From the NCBI GenBank assembly GCA_951406725.2, contig OX597815.1:143530001-143594000 (forward strand): a stretch of 64,000 bases of DNA, given 5' to 3'. How positions within the stretch are numbered: the first letter of the stretch is position 1; every line of letters begins with the position of its first letter. This stretch comes from Octopus vulgaris (Eukaryota). The notes beneath the pieces are model-generated. The model saw only the letters and a list, made by a program, of their open reading frames with translations, ran no database searches and was not told where the DNA came from. Below are positions 14,051 through 27,700 of this stretch, in pieces. Position numbers and translations under genes: made by a program.

Positions 14051-14288
14051 CATAAACACTGCAACCATAGGTGGGTGGGGGTGATGTAGGTGATGAGACA
14101 GTGACAGGGAAGAGGGGAGACGGAATCAACCCCCTCTTCCTGTCTTTTTTTTTACTGCTGCCATTACCGTTTGTGCGAAGCATTGTGTTAATTTAGTTGG
14201 ATTTATGGTGATGGTGGCGTCCCTGATAGTGGAGGTTGTAGTGTTAAGTGGTCATCACAATGGTGATGGTTGTACAGTAGTAGTAGTG

Positions 14289-14319
<31 letters not shown>

Positions 14320-15097
14320 CGGTGGTAGTGGTGACAAGAGGTGGCAGGGTTGATGCTAGTAGTAGTGGTGGTGGTTGCGGTGGAGTCGTCGTTAATGGTG
14401 GTGGTGATAGCAGTAATGACTGTTGTAATCTAGTATTCTTACTAACACTGATATTGTGTCATGATACTGTAGTTATGACTAAATTGTTATTGTTATGGCT
14501 TTTGTCACTGCTGCTATGACTAATCTTATGATTGTTGTTGTTGCTATTGTTTTTGTTGTTGTTATGACTGAACTGCTGTTGCTGCTGCTGCCGTAACTTT
14601 TGTTACTCTTCCTATGACTGCTCTTAGGACTTGCTTAATATACTTCTTGCAGTGACTGTCACTTATTTTATTATATACCATCATCACCACATCGTGAACA
14701 TCATCTCAGCTTCCACTATAACAACCGCCATCATTGTCACTATCACCACCACCACCGTCAACATCAATACATATAAACTGAGTATCAAATTTATTTTTCA
14801 AAGCAAGAAGTTGACAACAACTTCGGAAGTTTCACCATGGGGCCAGCTTTATCAGACTGTTGACAAAACAAACCCACAGAGAAACTTCGATGTCACTGTC
14901 AACATTTTCCTTGCAAAAAATATATTTCTTTGTCCATTGAAGCACTGTTTAAGATGTAACTTAAACTGAGTATTTGTAACATTTAATAGCTCCTAGTATG
15001 ATGCTGCTGATGACAATGGTTGGCATGGTAACAAGCTAGTCAGAGATGTTCTGTAGCATAACATCTATCTTGTTAGAGTTGATTGACATAACGCAGA

Positions 15098-15792
15098 TCA
15101 GCAATCCTCAGTCATTTTTTGCACCACAGGCCAGTTTCATGCAAGGCAATTTTTCCACAGACCGGGGGATCAAGCACATAACAAATCACAACAAAGTGCA
15201 CAATATATAAATCTAATTATTACAAATATAATATATATATATACATATATATATACCATAAATCCTCGAGTATAGTCCGCCCTTGAGTATAATATGCAGG
15301 GGATTTTTAGGGAGCTGTATCTCTGGAAAACCTAAACATTGCGTATAATACACACCACTTCTCTAACTTGAGTCGTACATAATTAAGCCAGCAGCATCTA
15401 GTCGAACAAACACTTGCGCGCATGCGTAATACAATAATGGTGATGTTTTTAACTGTTATATGGGAATGTAAATATGTTTGCAAATTGTTTTTGTTACATG
15501 TTATTCTGTGTTCTGAATACTTTTATTTTAATAAATGTTGCTTACTGCAAGTTATGGATGATTCTTTTATGACTTCATTGCTTTCTGGCTTAGCTCAAGG
15601 TATTTTCGCACCCGACATCACAAAATGCGTCTGAATAAACATTGCCGGACAGCAAATAGAGACTCAGACATTGCTTAGAAAATATTTTTCATTTTTAGCC
15701 TCATATATAGTATGCACTAGGGATTTTGACCTTTAAATTTTGGGGAAAAAGTGCAGATTATACTCGAGGATTTACAATATATATATATATAT

Positions 15793-15865
<73 letters not shown>

Positions 15866-16513
15866 TATATACATATATATACACATATATATACATATAT
15901 ATATACACACACATATATATACATATATATACACACATATATATACATACACACATACACACACATATATATATACATACACACATACACACACACTCAT
16001 ATATAAACGATGATGATGATGATGATGATATATATATATATATATATATATTACAGGTATTATACATATATATTACATATATAATCTTCAAAGAGACTGT
16101 ACCAAGTGGCAGTGTTCCATCACCATCAGAACCAAAAACTTCAAAGCCACCAGAAGAGAAAATAAAGAAATCAAACAGCAGGAGAGAAAGGTTCCACAAA
16201 ATGAACCTCATCCTCCACCAACATAACCATGTAGTCAATGCCATCGACGCTTCTATGCAAGAATTAGTCTACTTAATCATCAATGGCATCACCATAAAGG
16301 AAGTGTCCCGCAAAGAAGAAAATAAATCCTTGGATACAAGACAAAGCTGCCACAGCCGACATATATAATACATACATTATGTAAAAACATCCTGAGAACT
16401 GCAATGCTCAATGAAATAGAAAGATATTTTAAAGTTTATGCTTTCTCCTGTAGCCTGATACTGGTCCATGGTCTGGTACTGCTTTGTGGCCCAATGAGTG
16501 GAGAACTATACTG
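15098..16513. mobile_element. hAT-Charlie-like non-autonomous element (MER1-like ends) with nested insertions
   Basis: Left end cagcaatcctcagtcattttttgcaccacaggccagtttcatgcaaggcaatttttccacagaccgggg and right end ggtccatggtctggtactgctttgtggccc..ggagaactatactg resemble the two MER1 termini as I recall them. Confidence 0.65.
15256..15777. mobile_element. Tc1/mariner (Tc2/pogo-like) MITE
   Basis: TIRs ccataaatcctcgagtatagtccgc / gtgcagattatactcgaggatttacaa, flanked by TA on both sides. Confidence 0.85.
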
Positions 16514-16628
16514 TAGATAATTGTCACTGTCATAAGTTTATTTGGTAGTGGTTGTAAGTCATCTCTGGAATGGACGACAATTGAGAAATTGTTTGCATAA
16601 AGTTAATTGGTGCACAGAATAACCTTGG

Positions 16629-16703
16629 TTCTGAATCTGACTTTCTACCTTATACCTGAATAGCTTTCTGAATCTGACTTTCTACCTTATACCTGAATAG
16701 CTT
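16629..16703. repeat. Perfect 37-bp tandem duplication
   Basis: ttctgaatctgactttctaccttatacctgaatagct occurs twice. Confidence 0.9.
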
Positions 16704-16758
16704 ACCATCTATGTGACAACTGCAGTTGATGTCTTCTTGGACGTTTCTGATAGCTTCT

Positions 16759-16984
16759 TTAACTCTATAGCACCCAGATTACTCTGTCGAATGTAATGCT
16801 TATTTATACATCATTTTGAATTAATCAAGCATTATCTTGTAGGTACATGATTTCAGTGGGGTGTTTGTATATTTTTAGAATGACATTATAGGGTAGTTGT
16901 GAGAGGTTGAATATGGTCAGTTTTAACATAAAATAGGCGAAATATTTGGGCTGGATATGGCTGGATTAAATGCTAAAGGGTTAA
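16759..16984. mobile_element. TTAA-flanked piggyBac-type MITE
   Basis: ttaactctatagca ... tgctaaagggttaa; same family as 48345-48576. Confidence 0.75.
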
Positions 16985-17207
16985 GTATAACACCGAGATA
17001 AAGTGCAAAAGGGTAGAGGGATTGAGACACATCCCTGCCCCACTCAAGTGTTTGTTAGAACTGATCAATATCTGTCCTGGTTCCGTAGGGTAGCACTCAC
17101 AACACCCTCATGTGGCAGTGCAATTAGCTTAACCAGCTTTGCTGGTGGTACAGTGCCACGGCATGGCACAGTTTATGGTTCCATAAAGAATAGCATCATC
17201 ATTACTA

Positions 17208-17438
17208 ATACCTATTTCTTTACTACCCCCAAGGGGTTAAACACAGAGAAGGACAGACAAATGGATTAAGTTGATTATATTGACCCCAGTGTGTAACTGG
17301 TACTTATTTAATCGACCCCAAAAGGATGAAAGGCAAAGTCGACCTCGGCGAAATTTGAACTCAGAAAGTAACGGCAGATGAAATACGGCTATGCATTTCG
17401 CCCGGCGTGCTAACGTTTCTGCCAGCTCGTCGTCTTAA
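17208..17438 (-). mobile_element. SINE family 1, near full-length copy
   Basis: Reverse complement aligns by eye over its length with 58429-58660. Confidence 0.9.
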
Positions 17439-18153
17439 ATCATCATTACTAATACCACTATCAGACCACCACTACTGACAACAACAGCATCAACAACACC
17501 ATCACAGCCATCACAATCGTCATCACAACCACCATCATCAACAACATCACTGCCACTACCATTATTAACATCACAATCGTCATCACAACCACTATCATCA
17601 ACAGCATTACCATTACTACCATCACACCATCACTCTGATCATCATCACAACCACCACCGCCGCTGCCATTACCACCGCTGTCCCAATCATCGTCATCACC
17701 ACCCCTAGCTGCAGTTCAACCTAGTGATGACATCAGAATCATTGACACAGAGAAGACCTGTATTAATGCACCATCATCATCATCCCCTCACAACCACTTC
17801 CACCATCATCATCATCATCATCATCATCCCCCTCCTCCTCCCAGCTACATTATGCCATCCTTCTATTCACCGCCACCCCACACTCCCCCTCTCTCCCCCA
17901 CCCACCTACAACGACGACAACAAAAGAAAGAGGTAGTGGGATGAGGAGTGCTGATGATAGAGGTGTAAGAGATGTTAAGTGCTGAAGAGCAAATAGGGGC
18001 CAAAAGTGGGGGAAGAAAGCAGGGGAGATGGGGGGGGAAGAGAAAAAGAAGAGACCAAGAATATGTTTCTTTTACCAAGAAATAACTATCATAATTAGAT
18101 AATGACACAGCAACAACAACAACGAAAATTTCTTTTATTGATTTTCCTTTCTC

Positions 18154-18189
<36 letters not shown>

Positions 18190-18667
18190 CTCTCACACAT
18201 TCTCTTTCTTCATGTACATGCAAATATGTATGTATGTATAAATGCGTGAATGTATATCAATATATTGTGTGTGAGTGTGATGCAGTGTGTTTTGGAAAGG
18301 GTCAACCTCTTAACAGTAAAAGATATTAAACTTTAAAGGGACGAACACAATGCCACAACTGGAGGAGGAAAATAGAGCATTTATGTATAGAAAGAAAAAA
18401 GAAAAAAAAACATTTGTTCGCTTGTCAACTCATAGAACCTAACTCTATCACACTGCAAAGCTATCTACCTACATCGCCACCACGCAATGTCATTTTAAAC
18501 CAAAATATGTCATGCACCATACAAACACACACACACGATCTCAACAATATCACATTTGCAGAGAGTCTGAATATACAACCACAAGGTATTCTAATACTCT
18601 GACTCTTTCAATTTGGTGCCCTGACAGATATAGAGACAGTGAAGGTAGCATAGCATCGGATAGTAGT

Positions 18668-18706
<39 letters not shown>

Positions 18707-19214
18707 TTCTCTCATAAAAACATGAATGGAACATGTGATGAGAAATGGCAGTGAGATGTAAACATTGAATGTTGACAATTTTCAGATAACAGATAAATCT
18801 TTGGTAAGTATAACTTAGGAAATATGTAACCTTAGTCTTCCTTAGTTTTCATTAGTCATTGGTGATGATCATGATGATGATGATGATGATGACAACGACG
18901 ATGATGATAATGATGATCATGAGTTATAATTTGCAACTTGGTGGTAGAAAAGACGTCCAACCAGTTGCAAAAACCATATAACCACTCCTTCAATAGTTGA
19001 GTAAATAGGGACAGATAAAACATCCTGCCATATGTAAAAGTAGGTATTACTCCTCTATAGTTGAGTAAATTGGTATGAGATGAAGACAACAACCCGGACA
19101 TAAAAACAAATAACAATAATATTATTCCAACAGTTTATGTCAATAATTCACCAGAAAAAGATATGATGAAGATCACATTCTTTCATATTCCCTGCCCCAA
19201 TAAAACCTAATATG

Positions 19215-19745
19215 GTGGACATTTGTAGGAAGTCATTAGGCAATATGTAAATTTAAGAGAGGGAGTCTATATGATCTAAAACGCGTGTCGTTTATCAAAT
19301 TGCTATTCCAGAATAAAAGAATAAGTCTTTCTACAGGATATATGAATAAAGGATTCTACAGTTGCAGGGAGTGTAATCAATGATTATTGTGGACTTTTGT
19401 AGGAAACATCAGGTGACATGTAAATTTAGGAGAGTGGCTGGGGAGGGGGGAGGGATGAGCAATACGATATAAAACATAAAACTGTCATTTATCAAATTGC
19501 TAATCCAGAATATAAGAATAAACATATCTGCAGGATATAAGAATAAATAATCGTACAATAGCAGGGTGCGTAATCAATGATTACCTTCAACTTTTGTAGG
19601 AAGTCATCAGTTGACATGTAAATTTAAGGGAGAGAGAGAGAGAGAGTCAACATCACCTAAAACACAAGAGTATAATTTATCAAACCACTATTCCAGAATA
19701 TAAGAATAAATGAGTGTGCTGTGGCAGGAAATGTAATCAACACCG
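19215..19745. repeat. Three diverged tandem units of about 160-195 bp
   Basis: Recurring blocks tttgtaggaa..atgtaaattta..tttatcaaa..tccagaata.aagaataa..gcagg..gtaatcaa. Confidence 0.85.
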
Positions 19746-19779
19746 TTCCTTCTAAATTAAATGCAAACATGTTCAAAAA

Positions 19780-20100
19780 TGCAAACATGCTCAAAAAGAG
19801 ATATCTGTAAATGGAACTAAAACTAATGCATACAAGATAGTAACAATGGCCTGTTCTGATAGCAGCCAGTATAGACAGTACGTGATATGGGAAGAAGGGT
19901 TTTTGTATGTTGACTGTAGAAGGTATCAATGGTAGAGTAAGACCAAGGAAGATATAGGAAGAAACCAGGAGTTTAAATCTCTAGTTGATTAGGCCCGAGG
20001 ATGAAATGATAAATAGCTATGGTACAAGGCAATTTGTTCTATGGAAGATCATCTGGCCAGTACTAGTACAGAAATATGCGCATTAAAATGGCAATGACAA
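19780..20100 (+). mobile_element. Old RTE 3' fragment
   Basis: gtagaaggtatcaatggtagagtaagaccaaggaagatatagga resembles the VEG..GRGRPRKTW motif; followed by cattaaaatggcaatgac tail. Confidence 0.55.
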
Positions 20101-21989
20101 CGATGACGGTGGTGGTGGTGCTGCTGCAGCTACTGCTGCTTGAGATGATGACTTTGGCTATGATGATGGTTATAATGACAATGATGGTGTGGTGTCAGTG
20201 GTTGTGATGGTGGTGGTGGTGGTGGTGGTGTGCAGCTAATGATGGTGATGATGATGACTGAAGCAATGATGATGATAATGATAATGGTGGTGCTAGTAAT
20301 AACGATGATGGCTGTGTTGATGATGATATCTATGTGATATGAACAACATCAGCATGAAACTAAGGAGAAGAGAAGACGAGCAGAAAACCATGATTGAGTC
20401 CTTCTCATTGATCAAATAGAATTAATCACGAGAGAAGGTGACCTTAAAATTGACATACACACACACACACATACATACATACGCTAACAACAACAACAGC
20501 AACAAAAAATGTCCAAAGTTCCATTCTTTCTAAACCACAGTTGCTCTGAAGCTGTTTGTTTTTAGATATCACAGATTTGGATGTAAAGGGATATATAATT
20601 AAAATGATTTAATTAGAATGGTGTAATTAGAATGGATGTGAGTCCCATGTTGTTGTTAGTCATCAAAACTCTCAGAGTAGAAGAAATAGCTGATGAGATA
20701 TTCTGGAGCGTTGATTTTATCATGAATATCACACATGAATACACACACATGCACACATCTACATACATGCATACAAATACACACATGCACACAAACATGC
20801 ATACATATGTATATACATGCACAAACACACTCATACACGCATACATATATTATAATACATTGATAATAACACACACATGATACTACATACACACATGATA
20901 ACATGATAATCATTTAAAGACAATCATAAAATGCGTGTTTATATGGGACCATGATGACAACGACGATGATGATGATGATGATGATGACAACGATGATCAC
21001 ATTGATGATGAAGAGGAAAAGGAGAAGGATCATCATCATCATCCTTAGTATTGTTATATCTGCTTTAATTTGCTATCATTTTGGCCCCAAACACTGGATA
21101 TTCAATGAATCAGTGTAGTAGCATTGGTTGTAACACAGTGGCAGTTATGTAGTGCAGGACATAGCATAGTTATGTAGTGTGGAGTGTTGTATAGTGAACT
21201 AGTAGTGGTTATGTAGTATGTGATGTAGTAGCAGAAATGGTGCCATGTAGTATGGTAGTGAGGGATCATGTCCTCATGACAAGTTTGTAATAAAAATGAT
21301 TGTTTCTAATATAGGCTTGAGATAAACAGTTTTGAGAGGAAAGGGTTAGCCAGCTACACTGACCCCAGTGCTTGACTGGTACTTTATTTTACCAACCCTG
21401 GGAGGACTGAAATCACTAGGATTTGAACTCAGAATGCAGACTGAATAAATACTGCAAACCATTACTCTAACAATTCCCTTAAGTGTCATTTTGATGGCAT
21501 GTACTGCTCTCTCACTCAATAATGATAATAATCCTTTGTACTAAAGATACAAAGCCTGAAATTTGGTGGGAGGAGACTAGTCGATTCCACCAACCCCAGT
21601 GTTTCACTGGTACTTAATTTTTTGACCCTAAAAGGATGAAAAGCAAAGTCAACCTAAACGGAATTTGAACTCGGAACAAAAGGACAGATGAAATGCCACT
21701 AAGCATTTTGCCCAGTATGCTAACGATTCTGCCAGCATGTTACTTTAGCTAGAATGCAACAATTGATTCTACTATATGCACAAGGCCTGAAAATTTGGAA
21801 GAGGGGGCTGATTGATGACACTGACCTTAGGGCCCAACTGGTACTTAATTTATCAATCCCGAAAGTACAAAAGGTGAAGCTGACCTCAGCAGAATTTAAA
21901 CTAAGAATGCAATGCCAAAAGAAATACCATTTAGCATTTTGTCAAGCATCCTAACAATTGTGCTAGCTCAAAATAATAATAATAATAAT

Positions 21990-22430
21990 AATAAATGCCC
22001 TGATGCAGTACCAGGCAGTGGCTCTCATGGCTTCTGATCTTAACTGAGTGGAAGTGTTATCATGTACATTGTTTTGTCTTGGTATAAATACGGTAAATAT
22101 TCTGCTCAGTACTACAGATTTGCTTGTCGGTTGTTTAACCTTAACCAGTTGAGCATGTCCCTTAGTGGCTGATTATATGTGCATCTCTAATCACAAACAG
22201 AGTGGGATGGGCTACTCGACCTGAAGAAAATTCTAACTGGGCCCCACCTGCAAAGTCATGCACTGTTTATCTTGATATGAGATCACTATGTCACACACAA
22301 ATGGTTGTGATGCATATGCCTGGTGTACCCTTATCAGATGAGTAGTCATGATGGGTATACTGGGTTTCGTATATTTTACTACAATGTCACTGTGATGGCA
22401 TGCACTGCTCTCTCACTCAATAATAATAAT
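21990..22430 (+). mobile_element. Retroelement 3' fragment with (AAT)n tail
   Basis: Ends gatggcatgcactgctctctcactcaataataataat; the same terminus occurs at 21484-21530. Confidence 0.55.
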
Positions 22431-24689
22431 AATTGCTTCTATTTCAGGCACAAGGCCAGCAATTTTGAAAGAGGGAGCTAATCAACATTATTGACCCAAA
22501 TAATAATAACAATAATAATCTTTTCTTTTATTATCACAAAAACAAGATGAGAGGAACTTTATAAGGACAGGTTACAAAAAGTGTGTGGGTTATAATGAAA
22601 TTGAATCTTTGCAAAAAGAAGAACAAAAAACAAATGTTATATATTAGAATATTCTAAAAGAAGGGCCACCACATAGAGCCAATCAAAGAACCCCATACAT
22701 CCACATTTATCCTGACTACTAAAGATACGTAAATGTCCACTCCTAGCTGTTATTCTCCAGTTTATAGGTGAACTGTAAGAGTCAGCTCATTTAAGGCTGT
22801 GAGCTGGCAGAATCATTAAATGCTTAGCAGTGTTTCATTCATCTTTATGATCTAAGCTCAAATTCTGCCAAGGTCAATTTTGCCTTTCATCCTTTTGGTG
22901 GGGTGGGGGGTCAATAAAATAAGTACTGGTTGAACACTGGGGTCAATGTAATCAACTTAACCCCACTGCTAAAATTACTGGCCTTGTGCCAACATTTGAA
23001 ACCATTATTATTTTTGTTATTATTGTTGCTGTTATTTAGTGAGAGAAAGAGAAGTCATCCCAATCTAGTAAAATTGATGTGGCTACTGTTTTCTAAGTGG
23101 TATTAGTGGTGATGATGGCGGTGGTGGTTGTAAGTGGCATTGATAGCGATGATTGTGGTTGTGGTGGTTGTTGTAAGTGGTACTGGTAGTGATGGTGGTG
23201 GTGGTGGTTGTAAGTGATATTGATAATGATGACTGAGGTGGTTGTGGTGATATTTGTCATGATAAAGTTGGTAATTGTAGTGGTACTAATGTTGTTGTTG
23301 TTGTTGTTGGTGGTGGTGTGGTGTTTGACAGAGGGGGTAGTGGTGGCATTTAACCCCAGGTCAGCAGTGACTGAACAGACCTATAATCAGGCTATTCCAA
23401 TCATCATCATTCCATCTTTCTTCTAAATTTTCTACCTTGGACTTCACTTCTCAAAGATGTATTTCCATTTTTAAAATAGCAGGGATGATTTGTTGGTAAC
23501 TGGGAAATATGGCTGTTATTTCTATCAGGTTGAGTGATGTGTTGGGGATGATTATTTAATAGGGATGAGGCTGGCACCAGGGAGAAGTGGGGAGTTGGCA
23601 ATTTGTACCATTTTCTTCAGAACGTCAGGGTGGATGGGATGAAAGGTGGGTGGAGGAAGGGATACTAAGAGAAAGAACTGTGTCAGTTGGTGAAGAGAGA
23701 AGCATTGAGGCTTGGCATCACCATTGTCTCTGTAAAGTGTTCTGACACAACAAAAACCGTAGCTGTGATGGTGGCAGCAGCACTGATAGCAATTGGAGTA
23801 TTATTGATTAGGAAGTTGTCTCTGGTAGACTGGTCTCACACACACACATACACACACATGCATATACACAAACACACAAACATATAAATATGCATGTGTA
23901 TACACATGCACATACAATAAACATATGCAAACCCATACATGCACACATACACACAGTTGTAAACACATGCATATAAATGCACAATCAGTCACACAAACCC
24001 AGATATACAAATAAACACTCACTCACACATATACACACATTACATATTTTTAACCAATGTTTCCGAAAAGGGCTGAGCTCATCAGACAATATGGAAACTG
24101 ATTTTCTTGTTTGTTAACTAATTATTAACAACAGTAACCCATTGGAAAATACAATACCAGCAATAACAACAACATTAGCAGCAGCAACAACCACAGTAAC
24201 AGCAAACAACAACAACATTGAATAGATACTCTTTTGATTTCAACAATGAATATTCCTTTTTATTCATCAACTGAACTACATACTTGTAGTATTAGAGTAA
24301 AAATGTTAGAGTCAGTGTGACATAGTGTATGACACAATGTGTGAAAGTGTATGGCATAGTGTGTGACACAGTGCATAACACAGTGTGTAACAAGACTTGA
24401 TATTTGAGTTACTGATATTCCCTTTTATTGTAATGTATTTAAACACCTTGTATCTTTTATCTTTTCTACAACTTATTTCAGTCATTAGACTGCAGCCATG
24501 TTGGGGTGTGGCCTTGAAGGGTTTAGTCAAACACGTCAACCCTAAGGCTTATTTCAAAGTCTACTACTTATTCTCATGGTCTCTTTTGTAGAACCGTTAA
24601 ATTATGAGAACATAAACAGACCAGCACTGGTCTTCAACTGGTAGGAGAATAAGGTTAAACACACAGACACACCTCACACTCTTATGAAA

Positions 24690-25200
24690 GCATTCATTCT
24701 CTCATTCCATCCCATGACCCATTGCTTACGTCCTCTCTTATATTCACCTTGTTCCTTGAGAGTTTGCTCTAGCACACCATCACTATCTTCCTCTTATCTC
24801 CTCCAGCCATGTATCTCCTCTGTAGCAAGATACCTGCGCTTGTCCCTCTATCATACTTTAGCCTTTCAACACCTGGCATACAGCCACTGCCCCATCCACC
24901 TTCCCTTCTCAAATATTTCCTCATAATGGTTAGAGATTATACTTTTGTTTTTGTTTTTGTTTTTTTTCTCTGTCTTGCAAGCCACATAGCAGCCTCACTA
25001 GGGTCATTGGCATGAAAAAAGCATCTGGCACACTTTGTAAAGTGGTTGGCATTAGGAAGGGCATCCAGCCATAGAAACCATGCCAAAGATGATGATGCTG
25101 GAGCTCGATGCAGCCCTGCAGCTTGCTGGTTCTTTGTCAAACAATCCTACCAAAAGCAGGCATTAAATGTCGACAATGATGATGATGATAATGATGATCT
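24690..25200 (+). mobile_element. RTE 3' UTR and tail fragment
   Basis: Shares blocks with 8590-8940 (cagccatgtatctc..tgcttgtcc..caacacctggcata; ggcattaggaagggcatccagcc) and ends in (GAT)n. Confidence 0.7.
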
Positions 25201-25609
25201 TCCACACAGTTCCATCAAATTCACTTATGAGGCATGGATCAGCATGGGGCTACAATAGAAGACACCAGCCCAAGGTACTGCACAGCGGGATTGAATACAA
25301 AACCATATGGTAGCAAAGTGAGTTTCTTAAAACCACACAGCCTTAATGTAATCATCAGGCTGAACCAAAATGACACAATAAATGGTGAAGTTTGATCTTT
25401 GAATTATAGGCTCAGTACATCTTGTATTATAGCATAAATAGCTAAGAATTCCACAGACACTTCTATCCTGAATTAATATAAAGGCTGGAGCTTTGAATTA
25501 TAAGAACCATCCAACCACCCATCCAACAGGTTCCAAAACAGTTTCCATCTACCCAAAGTCACTCATAAGGCTTAAGTCAAACACTAACACTGTCACACAT
25601 GAACACTGG

Positions 25610-25925
25610 TATTGTAGATCCAGCAGAGCTTAGCAGCTTCCATCCTCTCTACCTTTCACATGTTTTCTACATTCAGGGCCCATGTCTCACTACCATGTAG
25701 CATTGCTGTTTGTATAAAAGCATCATACAATCTTCCTTTCACTTGGAGAGCGAGACCTTTGGTTGCCAACAGAGGTAAAAGCTCTCTGAATTTTCTCCAT
25801 CCTATTCTTATTCTAACAATTACACTTTACACGCATCCTCTGCCAGAGCTAATTAGGTCCCCTAGGTAGCAGAAATTATTTACTGCCTCTAAAGAGCCTT
25901 CAGAGCATTTGAGAAAATGCCTATG
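25610..25925 (-). mobile_element. RTE LINE RT fragment
   Basis: Reverse strand matches the RIRIGWRKFRELLPLLATKGL..VKGRLY segment also seen at 7250-7330 and 46729-46911. Confidence 0.8.
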
Positions 25926-26217
25926 AAAATGTGGAAGAACACATTGGATAGTGTAATCTGAAAAGATATGGGTGGAATGTCATTGATCACATGTCTGTTT
26001 AATCATGGCTAAACAACAACAATAACAACATTCCAGATATTTAAAAAATCAAAATATTTTGTTGCCATGGTGATATGGAGTTTGTGCAGGGCAGAAAAAG
26101 AGATGCAGACCAGTTGGAAGGACTACCGTGTGCTGACAATTTCCTGTGTCACCTGTCAGCAGGAAATTATACAGATAAACGGAGATGTGTGAGTGTGAAT
26201 TCGTGTGTGTGTGTGCA

Positions 26218-26259
<42 letters not shown>

Positions 26260-26704
26260 CTAGTGCATAATGGACATAACTTTAGAAATGCATGATTTTG
26301 CTCACAACAACTGCAGCTGTAACCAGCAACAGTGAAAATAACAACAATAACAACCACAGCAACAATGACAACTACAACAACAATAACAAAACCAATAACA
26401 ACTGCAGCAGCTAGACATAGCAACCAGATCTCCCTTAAATCATATCCTACCATCTCAAAAAAAAAAAAAAAGAAAAAGAAAAGAAAGGCAGGTTACATTA
26501 GACAATATAGGTTCTGGTATACAAACGAAACAGAATGGTTGGAGCTGGAATCCCTTCGGTCATAGTTCTTGACACTAAGACTGATGAAGGATTAAACAAC
26601 AACACTAGTGATACAGCTACAGATGTAAGAAATTTACAGACACCTCTAACATTAAAGCATAGTATATATTCTACTGATTGAAGTATAACATATCATTGAT
26701 TTAG

Positions 26705-26960
26705 ACTTGTGTATAACATAATACACCATTCACTTATACTACTGTTGCAACATACCACTCACCCATACATAATATATGTGTATACCATTCACCTATACTA
26801 GTGTATGGCATAACACACCATTCACCTACACAAGTGTATGGCACAACAGACCATTCACCTATACTAATGTATGGCATAACATACCATTCAAGTATACGAG
26901 TGTATGTTATCAAATACCATTCACTTATATAGTGTGTTATCAAGTATCATAAACCTACCT
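26705..26960. repeat. Minisatellite, about 33-bp unit
   Basis: Repeated ataccattcacctatactagtgtatggcataac. Confidence 0.8.
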
Positions 26961-27259
26961 TACAAATTACCTGTATTCATGCTATGACACAGCCTGTACA
27001 AAAAATGGTTTCAAATTCTGGCACAAAGTCAGTAATTTCAGGGGAAGGGTTAAGTTGATTACATCGACCCCAGTATTCAAATGGTATTTATTTTATTGAC
27101 CTCAAAAGAATGAAAGGTAAAGTCGACCTCAGTAGAATTTGAACTCAGAATGTACAGACAAATGAAATGACACTAAGCATTTTTCCCATCATGCTAACGG
27201 TTCTGCCAGCTCACCACACTAACTATTGCACATATAATGATGTAGCATTTGTTTATGTT

Positions 27260-27700
27260 ATGCCCACTACATGTCCCGTCTACATCAGACACACACAGTG
27301 ACATATCCTACCTAAGTTATACACTATGATACAGGTCCTGTCTAGGATATACACACTTCGAAATATGTATCATCTGTTTTATACTCACTGATACATATCC
27401 TAACTATGTTATACACACTTTCCTCTCTATTTCATGCACTGCATGACACATGTTCTATCCGTGTTGTACACACTATGATACATGTAACACACTGTAACAT
27501 GCCCTAGCTATTTTATATACTATATAACATGTGTTCTGTCTGTGTTATACACACTATGATAATCCTATTTACATTATACACGTCGTAATATATATCTTAA
27601 TTATTTTATGCATACTATATACACTATGATACACGTCCTATCTATGGTATACAACACTGACACATATCCTATCTATGGTTTACACACTATGACACATCTC
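27260..27700. repeat. Diverged minisatellite, about 30-bp unit
   Basis: Repeated acactatgatacatgtcctatctatgttatac. Confidence 0.75.

Noticed and set aside
15717-16050. Stacked [12 protein letters not shown] ORFs here and at about 35.8, 40.8, 44.4, 55 and 61.2 kb
   Set aside because: Dinucleotide and tetranucleotide microsatellites simply lack stop codons.
26705-27700. CRISPR-like ~30-bp periodicity
   Set aside because: Units are contiguous and diverged with no unique spacers and no cas genes; eukaryotic context.
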